From: Fonticula alba ATCC 38817
Taxonomy: Eukaryota > Protista > Nucleariida
Strand: one strand, 5' to 3'
Assembly: GCA_000388065.2 (NCBI GenBank)
Contig: KB932208.1
Length of the DNA: 64,000 nucleotides
The position numbers were made by a program, and so were the translations under genes. This document shows positions 13,331-25,903 of this stretch, one piece after another. Below the pieces are notes generated by a model, which was not told the DNA's origin, did not search any database, and was given only the letters and a program-made list of their open reading frames with translations. The first letter of the stretch is position 1. Every line of letters begins with the position of its first letter.

Positions 13331-13712
13331 GGGGGGGGGGGGGGGGGGGTCGGCGCCGGTCCCTTCCCGCGGAGGGTGGAAGGTCAGAAAAGGGGTCTCC
13401 GCGTCATCTGATCACGCCGGAACCCAATGTGGCAGAGAGGCAACAACAGGCGGTAACGGAGCAGGGGTAGGTGAAACGAAGGTCCAACCGTACATTGGGG
13501 GCAACCTATTGTTTGGGGAGGGGGGGACAACGAGCAAATGCGGGCCCAGCTCTCATCCCCCCCCCTTGTTAATGAGCCCCGCTCCACACGCCAATGTGAC
13601 ACGCATGCTGGTCCTTCCTCTCTTGCGGCAGGTATGGCTGATGCCTGGACCGGGCGCCGTTAGGTGTCGCATCCGTTGGCACATTCAACCCCCTCGACCA
13701 AAAGGGAATCCA

Positions 13713-13785
13713 TGGAGGCGGAGGGTATCGATCCCCCTGCCTGCCGCATGCTAAGCGGCCGCTCTACCATTTGAGCTACGCCCCC
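13713..13785 (-). tRNA. tRNA-Ala(AGC)
   Basis: Reverse complement GGGGGCGTAGCTCAAATGGTAGAGCGGCCGCTTAGCATGCGGCAGGCAGGGGGATCGATACCCTCCGCCTCCA: 73 nt, full cloverleaf, G3:U70 alanine identity pair, anticodon loop TTAGCAT. Confidence 0.95.
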
Positions 13786-14019
13786 GGTGAGGTGCCTGCC
13801 CAGTGTGGGGCTTTTGTGCTTTGTAACCATAATGTCACCTCCGACGCTGCGTCGGAACTTCGCTCCGCTCACCTCCTCCGCACCTGCCTCACCTCGCCCT
13901 GCTTTGTTTTCCCCTGCTGTCGCCTCCCCGCCAAAATCTGGTCACGCCCTCCACGTGATCAAATGGCCGGAGATCCATTTTTCTTTCCCCCTTTCCCCGT
14001 AGGTGGGTGTTAGCGTCGC

Positions 14020-14360
14020 CCGTCAACGATGCAACCCATTCTCTCTCGTTTTCCCCTTCTTTCCCATGTATTTCCTCTTTTCCGGGCACCCCTATATAAG
14101 GACCCCCTTTTCGCGCCTCCCCTCCAAGGGCTCAGCACCTTGAAGGATAGTCATTCTCTTTGCGGAGGCCGTGACTACCCGTTTCCCTGCCTCTGTACGT
14201 CGCTCCCCTGGAGCGGTGTGACTCAGTCCCTGATGTACTCTCTATAAAGACGCAGATCACCAGCTTTCCTTTCTTTTGTTGTTGTGTCCACGTCCGAGTG
14301 GTGACCCTCTCGGGACGGAACACTCTGGGTGGTTCAGGGAAGACCCTCACCGGTCCCCCA
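14020..14360 (+). repeat. TATA-bearing dispersed repeat, plus copy (inverted partner of 12960-13330)
   Basis: Homology as above; bases 14256-14289 are also identical to 16098-16131. Confidence 0.75.
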
Positions 14361-14568
14361 GAATCACACACCAGAACCAGAGTGTTTCATGCGTGTTTCC
14401 GCGCCCCGGCTGGCCGCCTGGTGCCGCCGACCAGTGGGGAGGATCCTCCTCGATCCGGACGAAGCACCGAGAGCAGACCCTGCCCCGGGAGGGGCCTTTC
14501 CTCGTTCACGCACGCCCGGGCGCGTCCCTCCCCCCTCCGGCAAAAATGGGCGCGGTCCAAAAAGAATG

Positions 14569-14640
14569 CTCCCGATCCGGGAATTGAACCCGGGCCTCCC
14601 GCGTGACAGGCGGGGATTCTCACCACTATACTAATCGGGA
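14569..14640 (-). tRNA. tRNA-Asp(GTC)
   Basis: Reverse complement TCCCGATTAGTATAGTGGTGAGAATCCCCGCCTGTCACGCGGGAGGCCCGGGTTCAATTCCCGGATCGGGAG; anticodon loop CTGTCAC, T-loop GTTCAA. Confidence 0.95.
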
Positions 14641-15719
14641 GTGGAGATGATGNNNNNNNNNNNNNNNNNNNNNNNNNNNNNNNNNNNNNNNNNNNNNNNN
14701 NNNNNNNNNNNNNNNNNNNNNNNNNNNNNNNNNNNNNNNNNNNNNNNNNNNNNNNNNNNNNNNNNNNNNNNNNNNNNNNNNNNNNNNNNNNNNNNNNNNN
14801 NNNNNNNNNNNNNNNNNNNNNNNNNNNNNNNNNNNNNNNNNNNNNNNNNNNNNNNNNNNNNNNNNNNNNNNNNNNNNNNNNNNNNNNNNNNNNNNNNNNN
14901 NNNNNNNNNNNNNNNNNNNNNNNNNNNNNNNNNNNNNNNNNNNNNNNNNNNNNNNNNNNNNNNNNNNNNNNNNNNNNNNNNNNNNNNNNNNNNNNNNNNN
15001 NNNNNNNNNNNNNNNNNNNNNNNNNNNNNNNNNNNNNNNNNNNNNNNNNNNNNNNNNNNNNNNNNNNNNNNNNNNNNNNNNNNNNNNNNNNNNNNNNNNN
15101 NNNNNNNNNNNNNNNNNNNNNNNNNNNNNNNNNNNNNNNNNNNNNNNNNNNNNNNNNNNNNNNNNNNNNNNNNNNNNNNNNNNNNNNNNNNNNNNNNNNN
15201 NNNNNNNNNNNNNNNNNNNNNNNNNNNNNNNNNNNNNNNNNNNNNNNNNNNNNNNNNNNNNNNNNNNNNNNNNNNNNNNNNNNNNNNNNNNNNNNNNNNN
15301 NNNNNNNNNNNNNNNNNNNNNNNNNNNNNNNNNNNNNNNNNNNNNNNNNNNNNNNNNNNNNNNNNNGGCACGACCATATCCCCGGGGACGGCCCGTCCCC
15401 CTGGCCCGATGTCCCCCTTCGGGCCCGGACCACGGGCGCCCATCCATACTGACTTTATGGTGTGTCCGGGTGCCCCGACAGCTTACTGGGACAGCTCACC
15501 CCGCGGACCCCGGAGACACGCCTGCAAGGCACCACGCCCAGACACACCCAGACCGGCAGACCCCGCCTCGCCTCTGCTCCCCGCCCCAGGCAGGAGGCCG
15601 CCCGGGCCTTGTGATGCGGCCCGGGTGCGAAGCCCGCCTTTTTGGCGGCGGGGCGAGATTCCCCGGCGCGGGCCCCCGTTCCGGATAAAAGGCCCGCTGC
15701 TGAGGCAGCCCTCATCGCC

Positions 15720-15792
15720 TCCCATATAGTCTAGGTGGTTAGGATACGTGGCTCTCACCCACGAGACCCGGGTTCGAGTCCCGGTATGGGAA
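15720..15792 (+). tRNA. tRNA-Glu(CTC)
   Basis: TCCCATATAGTCTAGGTGGTTAGGATACGTGGCTCTCACCCACGAGACCCGGGTTCGAGTCCCGGTATGGGAA followed by a T7 Pol III terminator; anticodon CTC. Confidence 0.95.
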
Positions 15793-16097
15793 TCTTTTTT
15801 TGAACCCCCTATCGCCCGGGTCTGCTTTTCCCTTCCCCGCACACGGCAGCCCCCGCCGGTCCTGGAGGGCGGCAGCGCACGCCTGCCCGTCGACAGCATG
15901 GCACCCTTGCTTCTCTCGCTGGTCTCGGCCGGACAATCCACCCTCGGGCGGGCCTCTTCGCCTGAGGCAGGTGCCGTGGCGCGCTGTGCAAAACAGCCCC
16001 GCGGCAGACCGCCTCAGCCCCCCCCCCCTCACCAGCCAGTGATGGCCACTTTCAAGGCCAATATGCGGCCATCTCCGACCGCACGATCTGCCCACCT

Positions 16098-16131
16098 ATC
16101 ACCAGCTTTCCTTTCTTTTGTTGTTGTGTCC
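16098..16131 (+). repeat. Partial third copy of the same repeat, running into a gap
   Basis: 34-bp exact match ATCACCAGCTTTCCTTTCTTTTGTTGTTGTGTCC to 14256-14289. Confidence 0.8.
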
Positions 16132-17544
16132 NNNNNNNNNNNNNNNNNNNNNNNNNNNNNNNNNNNNNNNNNNNNNNNNNNNNNNNNNNNNNNNNNNNNN
16201 NNNNNNNNNNNNNNNNNNNNNNNNNNNNNNNNNNNNNNNNNNNNNNNNNNNNNNNNNNNNNNNNNNNNNNNNNNNNNNGGACAGAGCGCTCTTCGCCCCA
16301 GTGTCTCGGGCATCGCCGGAACCCTCGGGACGTCCCCTCTTTCGGCACTGCCTCGGCGATCTCGCCATTCGCCCCCCTCGCTGACGGGCCACGCTCCGGT
16401 GGCCTACCTCGAGAGCTGTCGACCGCTCGACCCGGGCCTCCCGGGGCGCCTGGCAAGTGGCCCCCCCCCCCCCCCTCCCGCCCGCCCGCCGCACTCCCCG
16501 GGAGCATGACCCCCGCTGTGGTCCCCGGGCGTGGGATCCTAGACGCCACTCCCGAGGTCTATGTCATCCGGCCCGCGTGAGACCCGTCCCCGAGCCCCGG
16601 CTCATGGGGGAAAGCCCATCCGCGCGGCCATAGCGCCCGTCCTCGAGCCCCGCCAGGCTCGCCAGCCTCCTGCCCACTCGCTCGGTTTCCGTACACCATG
16701 TGCCCTTGGGTCCAGGTGTGGCCGGGCCACCGCCTTCCTGCTGACGCGATGCCTCGCGTGGGCCTGGCCAAGCCGAAGCCCAGTGCCCTCTCTCCGAGAC
16801 GCCCGCAAGGGCCGACCTTCGCCGGGGGACTGTGCAGGCCCGGGCTCCGGTGGCCAGGGCCCCCTCCGGCCCCGGGCAGGCGCTCACCTTGCCGAGTCGC
16901 CTCCGGCCACTCCGGCTCGACAGGGGCCCGCATCAGGCCAGCCCCGCGTGCGATGTCCCGGGCCAGGCGATGGCAAGCGCCGACCCGCGGCGTCCTTCGG
17001 CCGCGAGCCCGAGAGAGCCAAGGGCCGGCCCTCCCTTGCGGCCCCGTCAAGTCGAGGCCCCTTCGCGAGACGCGCCGGCACCGTGGCCCGGGCTCCCCTC
17101 TGCCGCATGCTCCCCCCCCGCCCCCCCCCCCACGCCCGGGCGCAATATCCTGCCTCCCCTCAGACCGGCTGCTTGTGGCCAGCCTGCTTGCATGTCGCGC
17201 CCCCCAAGCGTCGAGGCCCCCCGGCGGTGCTCAATACACGCTCGTCACTCGGCCCGCATACACACGCACGCCGGCTTTCCCCAATGCCCCCTCGCCAACC
17301 GGCCACCACACAATCCATCCCGGTCTCTTGCCTCCAATGGCCACAAGCGCACACACGGACCCTTTCAGCACACGAAATGATCTCCTGCTGCCCCCCCCCC
17401 CCCCATCACCCATGGCGAGCGCCGTCAACGGGGGATACATTCTCGCCACGGCCCGCCAGGAGGTGACCCTGCCGCGGCAGATGCCAGACAGGCGGCCGAC
17501 CTTCGCCAGGAAGCCCCGGCCAACGGTCCGCCATCCAAGTGCCT

Positions 17545-20365
17545 TCAGTCTGCGAGGGTGTGTCAGTACCATGCCAGAGCCCGGCGACATTCATGCGCGG
17601 ATGCCCACCCGGGCCGGCGGCTCACATACCCTGAATGGTGTCCATCGGGAGCGATTCTATGTCACCCAGCAGCGCCGCACGGCCATCGCCCATGTCCAGG
17701 TCAGTCCCCCTTCGGCCCAAGTGGCTTCCGAACCACCAATGGCCCCGTGCCCCGCCCGCGCCCCCCTTGGACGCACCCTTGCCGGGGGGCGACGCCCGCC
17801 GGCGCAGAAGGAAAAAGGCCACCACACCGGCCACGGCCACCAGGGCCAGCACGCCCAGGCCCACGCCCAAGCCCACGGCTGGCGTCCGGCTTGTGTGTCA
17901 GTATCCAATCCGGCCACCCACCTTCGAATACACAACCAAAGAAAGGGAAAACCCCCCCCCCCACCACCACACACGGCCGGCCCCGTGCCGGGGCACCTTC
18001 GCCACGTACCCAAGCGCTGGGAGGCCTTCTTATCACCGGCCCCGGGGACGGTGCAATCCTGCAACTCCTGTCCGGTGCAGTCGTCGGCGCACTCCTCCGA
18101 GCAGGGCACACACCGCCGCATCCTCCGGTTGGCATAGGTCCCCGCCGGACAAATAGACGTGCATTCCTCGCCATCGCCCACCTTGAACTGCGAGGGATCG
18201 CATTTCAAGCACCGGCTTTCCAGGTCGCAGCTCAGCGACCCATCCTCCGGCGACACCGAGCAAGACACGTCTTCGGAAAGGAGCTCGCACTCAAGACACC
18301 CCAGCGGGCACTGATGGCACACCTTCGGCGAATCCGTGCCGGACCCACCTCCCACGGGGGGCTTGTGAAACCCGACATACGGGCACGCCTTCCTGCAGTC
18401 CCCGATATGGGGAATCAGCCAGAGGTTCGGATCCGTGCAGGATGTGCACCTGTCGGAATAGACGGAGCAAGTCCGACACGCCCGCGCGCAATCGGTGCAT
18501 TCTCTGGGCTTAAATTCATTAATCACGCCCGTCGGCGAGCAGTTCTCCACGCATTTGCCGGTCGATCGGCGGAAGAACAGGGGATACTGGCACCGGCTGC
18601 AGGTGGCTTGACAATTGTCACGTCCGACCAGATGGCTGTCACAGTCGGCGCAACCGGGCTCACAGTCATGGCATGAAAGGACCCCGGCGCAGCTGACCGT
18701 CAAGGGGGGACACGCCTCGCGACAGCCATCCCGATATTTGAATTTCCCCGGGGCGCATTGGATACAGGTGTTTGCATCGGTGCAACGCTCGCACTGGTCG
18801 CCGCAGGGCTGGCACCGGGTCCCTTCCCAGGACGCGTCCGAGGCCGGGAACTGCCCCTTCGGACAGATCGATACACAGTACCCATCCACGGTGAGGTGGT
18901 CGTCATCCTTGCAAACCGTGCACTGGTCGGCCTCGGTGCCGGTGCACCTCTTGCAATACCCAGAGCAGGCAACGCACGTGCCCTCCGACTCGTGGTAGCC
19001 CTCCGGGCATGAGGTCCGGCAGTCGCCCTGCCAGTGGATCGGGTGGTCCTCCTGGCAGGTGATGCACTTGCCGGGGCTCTCGCCATAGCATACGGCACAG
19101 CCCGGCCTGCAGAGCATGCACTCGGGCCCGATGGCCGTGGTCCCGTCCGGGCATGCTGCCACACATTCACGAGTTGAAGGGTCCAAAAACCAGCCGTCCT
19201 TGCACTTCCGGCACTCCATACGATCCCCGGAGCCAGATGAAATACTGGCCCAGCAGGCGTCGCAGTTTGCCTCGCAGGGCAGGCACTTCCGGTCGTACGA
19301 GCGCCCGGTGCCCTTCGGACACATGGTCACGCATGTGAACTCCGCCTGGTCGTCATCGTCCTGCTCCTCCTGGCCGACCGACAGGCGGAAGGTCAGCGGG
19401 TTGCAGCTGCCGATACATTGGGTATGCGACGGCCCGGTGCAATCGCCACACGAAGGATGGCACTTGTAGCATTCGCTGCCGACTTGGTAGAAGCCCGTGC
19501 CACAGGCTTCCACACAGTGGCGGTTCTTGCTCGGACGCTGGGAATGGCACGACAAGCATTCGCTCGCGCTGGGACCGAAGCACGTCCGGCAGTTGGAATG
19601 GCACGCCGCGCATTCAGACGACTCCGATCCCGACGGCAAGTAGCTGCCCACCGGGCAATCCGACACGCAGGTGCCCGCGCGATCGTCGCCCGCCTCCAAG
19701 CGCCAGCCCGACACGCAGGTGAGGCAGCTGTCCGGCCCGGGCCCGGTGCACGATTCGCACGACGGATGGCAGCGGATATAGCGCCTGGAAGCCGGGTCAT
19801 ACCATGACGGCATGAAGTTGTATGCATTACACCGGGTCATGTCACTCAGACCGACGGACCCTGTGCAAGAGTGACACTTGGGCGGGTAGCTGGGGCCCGT
19901 GCAGGTGACGCAATCTGTGTCGCATTCGTAGCAAGTGAACGTCCCTTTCGGGGACGGTGGACTGGCATCCAGGTCCTTCGCCTCCCAGCCATAACCTGGC
20001 CCGCATGTGTAGCACAACTGCTGGTTGTCGGTGCAGTCGGTGCATGGTGCCTGACAGGGGGCACATCGTCCTTGAGAACCGATAGACTGGCCGAAGGGGC
20101 AGCTAGCCGTGCACAGGCTTCTCATGGTCGGGTCCGGCGAAAGGAACTTCAGCCCCGGCCGGCAGGCAAAGCACGACGTGGCGTCGTCGCACGAGGTGCA
20201 TGACGGGTCGCATGGCTGGCAGCTGCCCTCGGTGTCGGCGAATTGCCCGACCGCGCAGTCGGCCGCGTTGGCCACCGGCGTGGCCATGGCCACCAGGGCC
20301 GCAAAGATCAGTAGCACCAACATCAAGGCCCCGGCCGGGGCGCATGCCGATGCTCGGTATCGCAT
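17545..20365 (-). CDS. Type I membrane protein with furin-like/VSP-like CxxC-repeat ectodomain, one TM helix and a short cytoplasmic tail without a kinase (~870 aa, 3 predicted exons: 20365-18010, 17878-17630, 17549-17545)
   Basis: Signal peptide MRYRASACAPAGALMLVLLIFAALVAMATPVANA, then continuous CxxC repeats (CHPSCESCTGPGPDSCLTC). GTACGT and GTATGT donors, TACTGAC branch points and CAG acceptors join in frame to TM AVGLGVGLGVLALVAVAGVVAFFLLRRR and a stop after ...MDTIQD. Confidence 0.85.
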
Positions 20366-21039
20366 GGTGGATATCCTGCGAGGCAGGGATGAGGGGGGAG
20401 GGGGGGGAGCGAGAGAAGGGTGAAAGGAGAAGAGACACCTTGGGGGGGGGGGGGATGGATGAACGCTCGGAACGGCCTCCTCCCAAAAGGCAGCCTCAAA
20501 TAGGCTTGCGGCCGGGGGCATTGGAGATGCGCGCAGGGCCGAGCAGCAGTTGCACCTACTTTCCGTGCCCCCCCCCCCCCCCCCCCCCACGTCCCTCGCT
20601 CCTCCGGCCACTGTACCCAGCAACTATGAGGCACAAATGAAAAAAAGGGTGGCCATTCCCCCGGCCTGCCCTCCGTGCGGAGTGTCGCATGCCCGCCGCC
20701 GAAAGCCCGCTTGCAAGCAAGCTCGAGTCAGGATGCCGGGGCACGAAGAAGCAAAGAAGAGCAGCCGCCTTCCCCCTTCGGCTGTGGTGGACCCACCTCT
20801 GGGCTCCGAAGGGGTGATGCCTGAAGTCTTCCACATTGGGTCTCGCCGCCAGGACATGCGTGTCTGCGTGAGTGAAGCCACTTCGCCCGCGCCCTGGACA
20901 GCCTGTTCGCCGTATCTGCGGCGTTCGCGGCTGGTCTGCCCTCATCACAGGGTCCGACCTGCGTGGCGCCTCTCCCTCCCCTAAACGTGCGTAGGCGTGC
21001 GCATAGCACATGAATAGGCGCGCGTGCACATACAGCCAT

Positions 21040-21115
21040 AACATACACACATAGCCATAGGCACAGCCGCACAGCCGCACAGCCGCACAGCCGCACAGCC
21101 GTACACACACACAGC

Positions 21116-21153
<38 letters not shown>

Positions 21154-21245
21154 CGCATAACCAGGGTGCCCCTCCCAAGGGCAGTCCTCGGAGAGGCCTA
21201 CTCCCCGCCCCGGGTGGGCCTGGACGCGGAGGCTGACGCGGAGAT

Positions 21246-21297
<52 letters not shown>
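21040..21297. repeat. Microsatellite cluster: (GCACAGCC)n, (CA)n and a 50-nt poly-C
   Basis: Seen directly; poly-C spans 21248-21297. Confidence 0.9.
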
Positions 21298-23933
21298 TGC
21301 CTATTCCGCTAGTCCGCCAACTACCTCCAATCCAAAGGCTGTTAGCGACCGGATGTGCGATTGATTGGTACTTGGCCTGCCACAAACATTCGCTCCCTGT
21401 GGGGCGGATGGCGTGCGCCATCCTGGCGGAAGAATTCCTCCGGCGCTTCTGTGATTGCGGCGACTTCCCATTGCGGACTGCCCGCGGGGGGCTCCCTCCG
21501 CAGCTGGCACAGGCCTCCGTGGCCACGCATGCGCGCCGGCGAGTTGGTCCTTCGAACGGGTATCATCATTCGTCGGCGCCCCGTCCTGGGCTGACCCGAC
21601 CCCGAACGCCGGGCGGGAATTTCCACACGCCCCCGCCCACCAGCCTCACCCGCCCCGCTGGCAAGGAGGGGCGGCTGCTACCCCGTCTTGTGCGCGTGGC
21701 CTCCCATCGTCATTTTCCGGATCGAGTGGGCTCTCCCCTCGGGCGAGTTGGCGACCGGTCTGACCCCCGCCTATTGGCTGCCGCTCAGAGCCATCTCCCC
21801 CCCCCCTCCCCGAGCCGGTGCCCGACCTGAACACGGGCCAGCTGGTGGCACCCCGGCAGGGATCGACCGAAGCCGGCTCGGTCCGGCCCCTCGANNNNNN
21901 NNNNNNNNNNNNNNNNNNNNNNNNNNNNNNNNNNNNNNNNNNNNNNNNNNNNNNNNNNNNNNNGGTGCATGGGTCTTCCCCGCCCGGCCCGGCCGGCCTT
22001 TGTTATTCCGCCAACATCAGGGCGACCCACATCAACACGGACTTCGTTATAACCCCCACGCGCCACTCGCCGGAATGAGCCCAAGCAGGGGAGAAGGCTC
22101 CGCCCTGTTGAGGGCCGCCAACATTATCTTCTGCCAAAGTATCTCCCGACTGAACGATCACGCCGGTGTCCTTGGGCGCATACTATAGCCACAGAACAGC
22201 GAGTATCGCTCTGGCACGTGGTCCTGCGCCCGAGGCATGACCATGCCGGCATCGACGGGCATGTGAGCCGGAAATTGGCTGTTCCCTCGCAGCCCATCCC
22301 CCGGGCCGATCCTGCCTGGCGGCGCCCAAGAGATGGCTCCCAGCGTCGTCCGGCCACCCCCTTTGCCGGCCGCAATGATGGTCCCCCCGGATCCCATGCA
22401 CCACGGCCCCCCTCCGGATGTGCCCTGTCCAAAAGGACAGACTCGCACCCATATACGTGAGCCCAGCATGGTCGCTGGTGCCTCCGGGCTACCGTGCAAA
22501 CATCGCTGCACAAGGCGTGTGCCCCCCCCGATGCCCACCTGCTCCCGCCATCGCCCTCCGCGCGTCCATGGCCCATGGCCCATACCCGGGAGCCGGGCAC
22601 CTCGCATCCTACGCGCATATATGCATGGGCCCCTTTGGCAGCTCCAAAAAGCCGGCCATGTCTCCACACTCGCCTGCGTCTGCTGGTCGTCCTCCGTCGG
22701 GGCTGGGATTCCCCCAAGCGCCGGGGCAGCTAAGTGGCGCGTGCTGCACATCAGCCGCCTGGGCAGAGTGTCGGCGCCGACGTCGGATCGATGAACGTCC
22801 GGGGGATGCTGTCTCCCAGGCCGCGGCCCGCCCGGCGATCGGGCCCGGCGTTCATCCGCGCATGGAGGCGTTGGAGCCGGTCTGTCCGTCTCTTCCCCCG
22901 AGGCAGGCCCATGGTGGGCACGCGCACGGCAGCAGGCAATAGGGCCGGCCCTTGTGGTGGCGAAGACAGGCCACCTCGGCCGCCGGCTCGGCACTCGCCT
23001 CCAGGGAGGCCCGCCTACCAGGACTCACCGAGCGGTCCAAGGAGCATGGCTCGAGCCACGAGAGGGGGGCAGTGAAAAAAAAAAAAAACAACAACCCAAC
23101 ATCCTTGTGCCTGTGCCCCTCTCATGGCCGGCACCACGGCCTCCCCAATCCGGGGTCGCCGTATGCCCGCGCGAGTCCCCTGCAAACACCTTACCACCGC
23201 ACGCCCCCATCCCCCGACGGCCGGCGCCGGCGCCGCCGCCCAAGCATGGCCCATTTCGCTGGAGGCCCTCGGACGATGGCCCCTGAACCGGTTGCGGGCG
23301 AAGGCGCCACGACGGCAACCAGGGAAGCCCACCCCCGGGCCAAGGTTCCGCCGAAACCACCGCCCCCCTACACACTTCCACATGCCGGGTCCCTGTGAGC
23401 CAGGTGTGAGGCAGCACCGACCTCCCCCGGCCGGACGGGGCAACGCCCGGGGTCAGGCGGCGAAGTGCGCCTCTGTACGGGGCGGAAGAGACGCTCGCCG
23501 ACGATGCGGCAGGTGGCCGTGGCGGACCAGCGCGCCCGAGGAGCAGCCCCCCCCCCCCCATGCACCCCCCGGGTGCCGGAGCTGAGGCACAGCCAAGACA
23601 CCGAACCCCGAGGAGTCCCGCCAGCCAGCCAGCGCGCAAAGGCCACGGGGCAGACAAGCGCCCAGGGAATACGCTTCGATGCCGCGTAGACCGCCGCGCT
23701 GGTGCCCACATGTCGCGCGTGTAGGACCAGGCCACTCGGACATATCAAAGGACTCGACCCCGATATCGGGGCGGTCTGCTGCCCGGAGCACCACGGGCGA
23801 GGTGTCCCCTGGGACAGTGCTCAATCAACGTCCCAGTCCGGGGCACACCCCGAATCGAGGACCGGGCCCGCGAGGCAATACGCCGCATCGGAGGACATGC
23901 CTCAGGCGCCCCTGCGCGGTGTTCTCTCTCCCT

Positions 23934-23966
<33 letters not shown>

Positions 23967-25173
23967 GTTCTCTCCCCGGGATCCGTGTCCCCTTCCCGAG
24001 GACGGGGACTCCCACCCGGGCGAGCGCCTCTCGAGGGCGACCAGCAGCGGCGTGTCGAGGAGTATCCAGGCGCACCGGCACCACTCGGGCCTGTGGGCAC
24101 CTCTGGCCCCGGGCATCACCCTCCTCTGGGGACTGTCATTCTTTCCGCCCGGCCGGCCGCGGACGGCTCGACCCTCGCCAAGCCCCTCCGACGTCTGTGG
24201 CATCAAGCATGACCTGCTGGTCGGGGCGACCCGCTCCTCGTGCGTGCGCGGGCCGACCCGACCAGCAGCGGATTCCCAATGTAGGCCTCCTCACACTTTC
24301 CCCCCCCCCCCCCCCCCCGTAGAATGTGAGGCGCCCGCGTCATCACAGACGTGAGCCCGATCGGCTCGGAATCCCAGGCCATTTCCCTCCCCCCTGCCAG
24401 TGTGGCCAGCGACGTCGATACAGACAGGCAAGGACGGGCGTGCGCGGGCTTGGGGCTGGCGCGGCCACAGCCAGCAGTGTCCCCGCGCGCTGGCCGGAAC
24501 CCCACCAACAGGCGCCCCGATGTACATGGTGACCAGTACCAAACCCCCCCCGCCTGCGAAAAGGCACAAGCCACCTGGGACGTAGAGACAAAGCCCGCAA
24601 CAACGACCACGGGAGGCTCCGCAGAGGGCCGGCCGCCCGGTGTGCCCCCGCCAAAGGAGGCACCCGACGCCGCGAGCCCAGGGGCACCCCGCTCGCCAGC
24701 GGGCAAACACACCCAGGCCAGCTCGAGAGACAGAGAGAGTAGCGGCGGAAAGTGCGACAGGATGGACCCACCCCGTCGGGGCCACGAGCCACGCCCTCCC
24801 ATCGAAGGGCATATGTTCCTACATATCTTGCTCAGCATTAAATATCCCCCCTTCTCCGTGCTCTGGCCCCAACGGGGCCCCCAGAAAGGGGCCGGGCTCC
24901 CCCCGGTTGGTGCATCACTGGCTGCCTCCCCCCCCCCCCCCCCCCCCGCCCCGAAGGACCGCCGTCCCGGCAGGGCGCGCGCCCGGGTGTGGCCCGGGCC
25001 CCATTTGCCGCTTCTTCGTCAGGCGCCTGCCGTCCCCCTTTTTGGGGCTCTCCCCCCTCGTCTCTGCCTCTCGGCGAGGTACCTCCTCTCTCTCTCTCCA
25101 GGGAGCGAGCGTGTTTCCGGCGGGTTGTCCCCGGGCCTTCTTCCGACGGAAGACGGAGGGACGAAAAAATAAT

Positions 25174-25246
25174 TTCCCATACCGGGACTCGAACCCGGGT
25201 CTCGTGGGTGAGAGCCACGTATCCTAACCACCTAGACTATATGGGA
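25174..25246 (-). tRNA. tRNA-Glu(CTC), second copy
   Basis: Exact reverse complement of the tRNA at 15720-15792; a T-run lies downstream on the minus strand; flanks are unrelated. Confidence 0.95.
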
Positions 25247-25821
25247 GGTCATATCGGATCTCGACCGTAGGCACCTCAAATGCCCACGATGTGGGGCTGC
25301 CGCCGGATCTCGTCCGCCCCTTCGCCCGAACTTCGCGCCGGCCATGCGGCGGTGCGGATTCCTCCCTGCCAAGAACCATGGCCATCCCCAGGTGTCTGCA
25401 CCGACGACGGGGTCCGTGTGCCGTGTGCGCGCCGGCCACAGCGGGGAACGGCCCGCACAGCCGCCGGGCCTCCCCCCGGCATGGAAAAGCCGAGGCGTGT
25501 TTTTGTGCACGGGCCGTCCCCAGGGTGTTTCTTGTCCTGGACGGGGGCCGAGCCGCCTCCCGCCGCAGCGGACGCACCCCTCCCGCCCGACAGTGCGTGC
25601 GCCACACATGGCAGCTGTACACACTGGCCGCGGCCGGGCACACATGGCATTCTGCACGCCAAGCGGGCCCTTTCCCATTGCTGCCTCATCCAAAAGGGCA
25701 GGGCCGCATGCCCCCCCCCCCCCCCCTCCCCACCGCCTTTTCATCCGTCGCACGCATGCACAACCACGGCAGGAGGCTGCCGAGAAAAAGATGCCACGCC
25801 CGGGGCAAAAAGTGAAGGATG

Positions 25822-25903
25822 CATCACCGGCAGGATTTGAACCTACGCGGGCAGAGCCCATCCGATTTCTAATCGGACTCCTTAACCACTCGGACACGGT
25901 GAT
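25822..25903 (-). tRNA. tRNA-Ser(AGA)
   Basis: Reverse complement ATCACCGTGTCCGAGTGGTTAAGGAGTCCGATTAGAAATCGGATGGGCTCTGCCCGCGTAGGTTCAAATCCTGCCGGTGATG: 82 nt, long variable arm, anticodon AGA, discriminator G. Confidence 0.93.
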
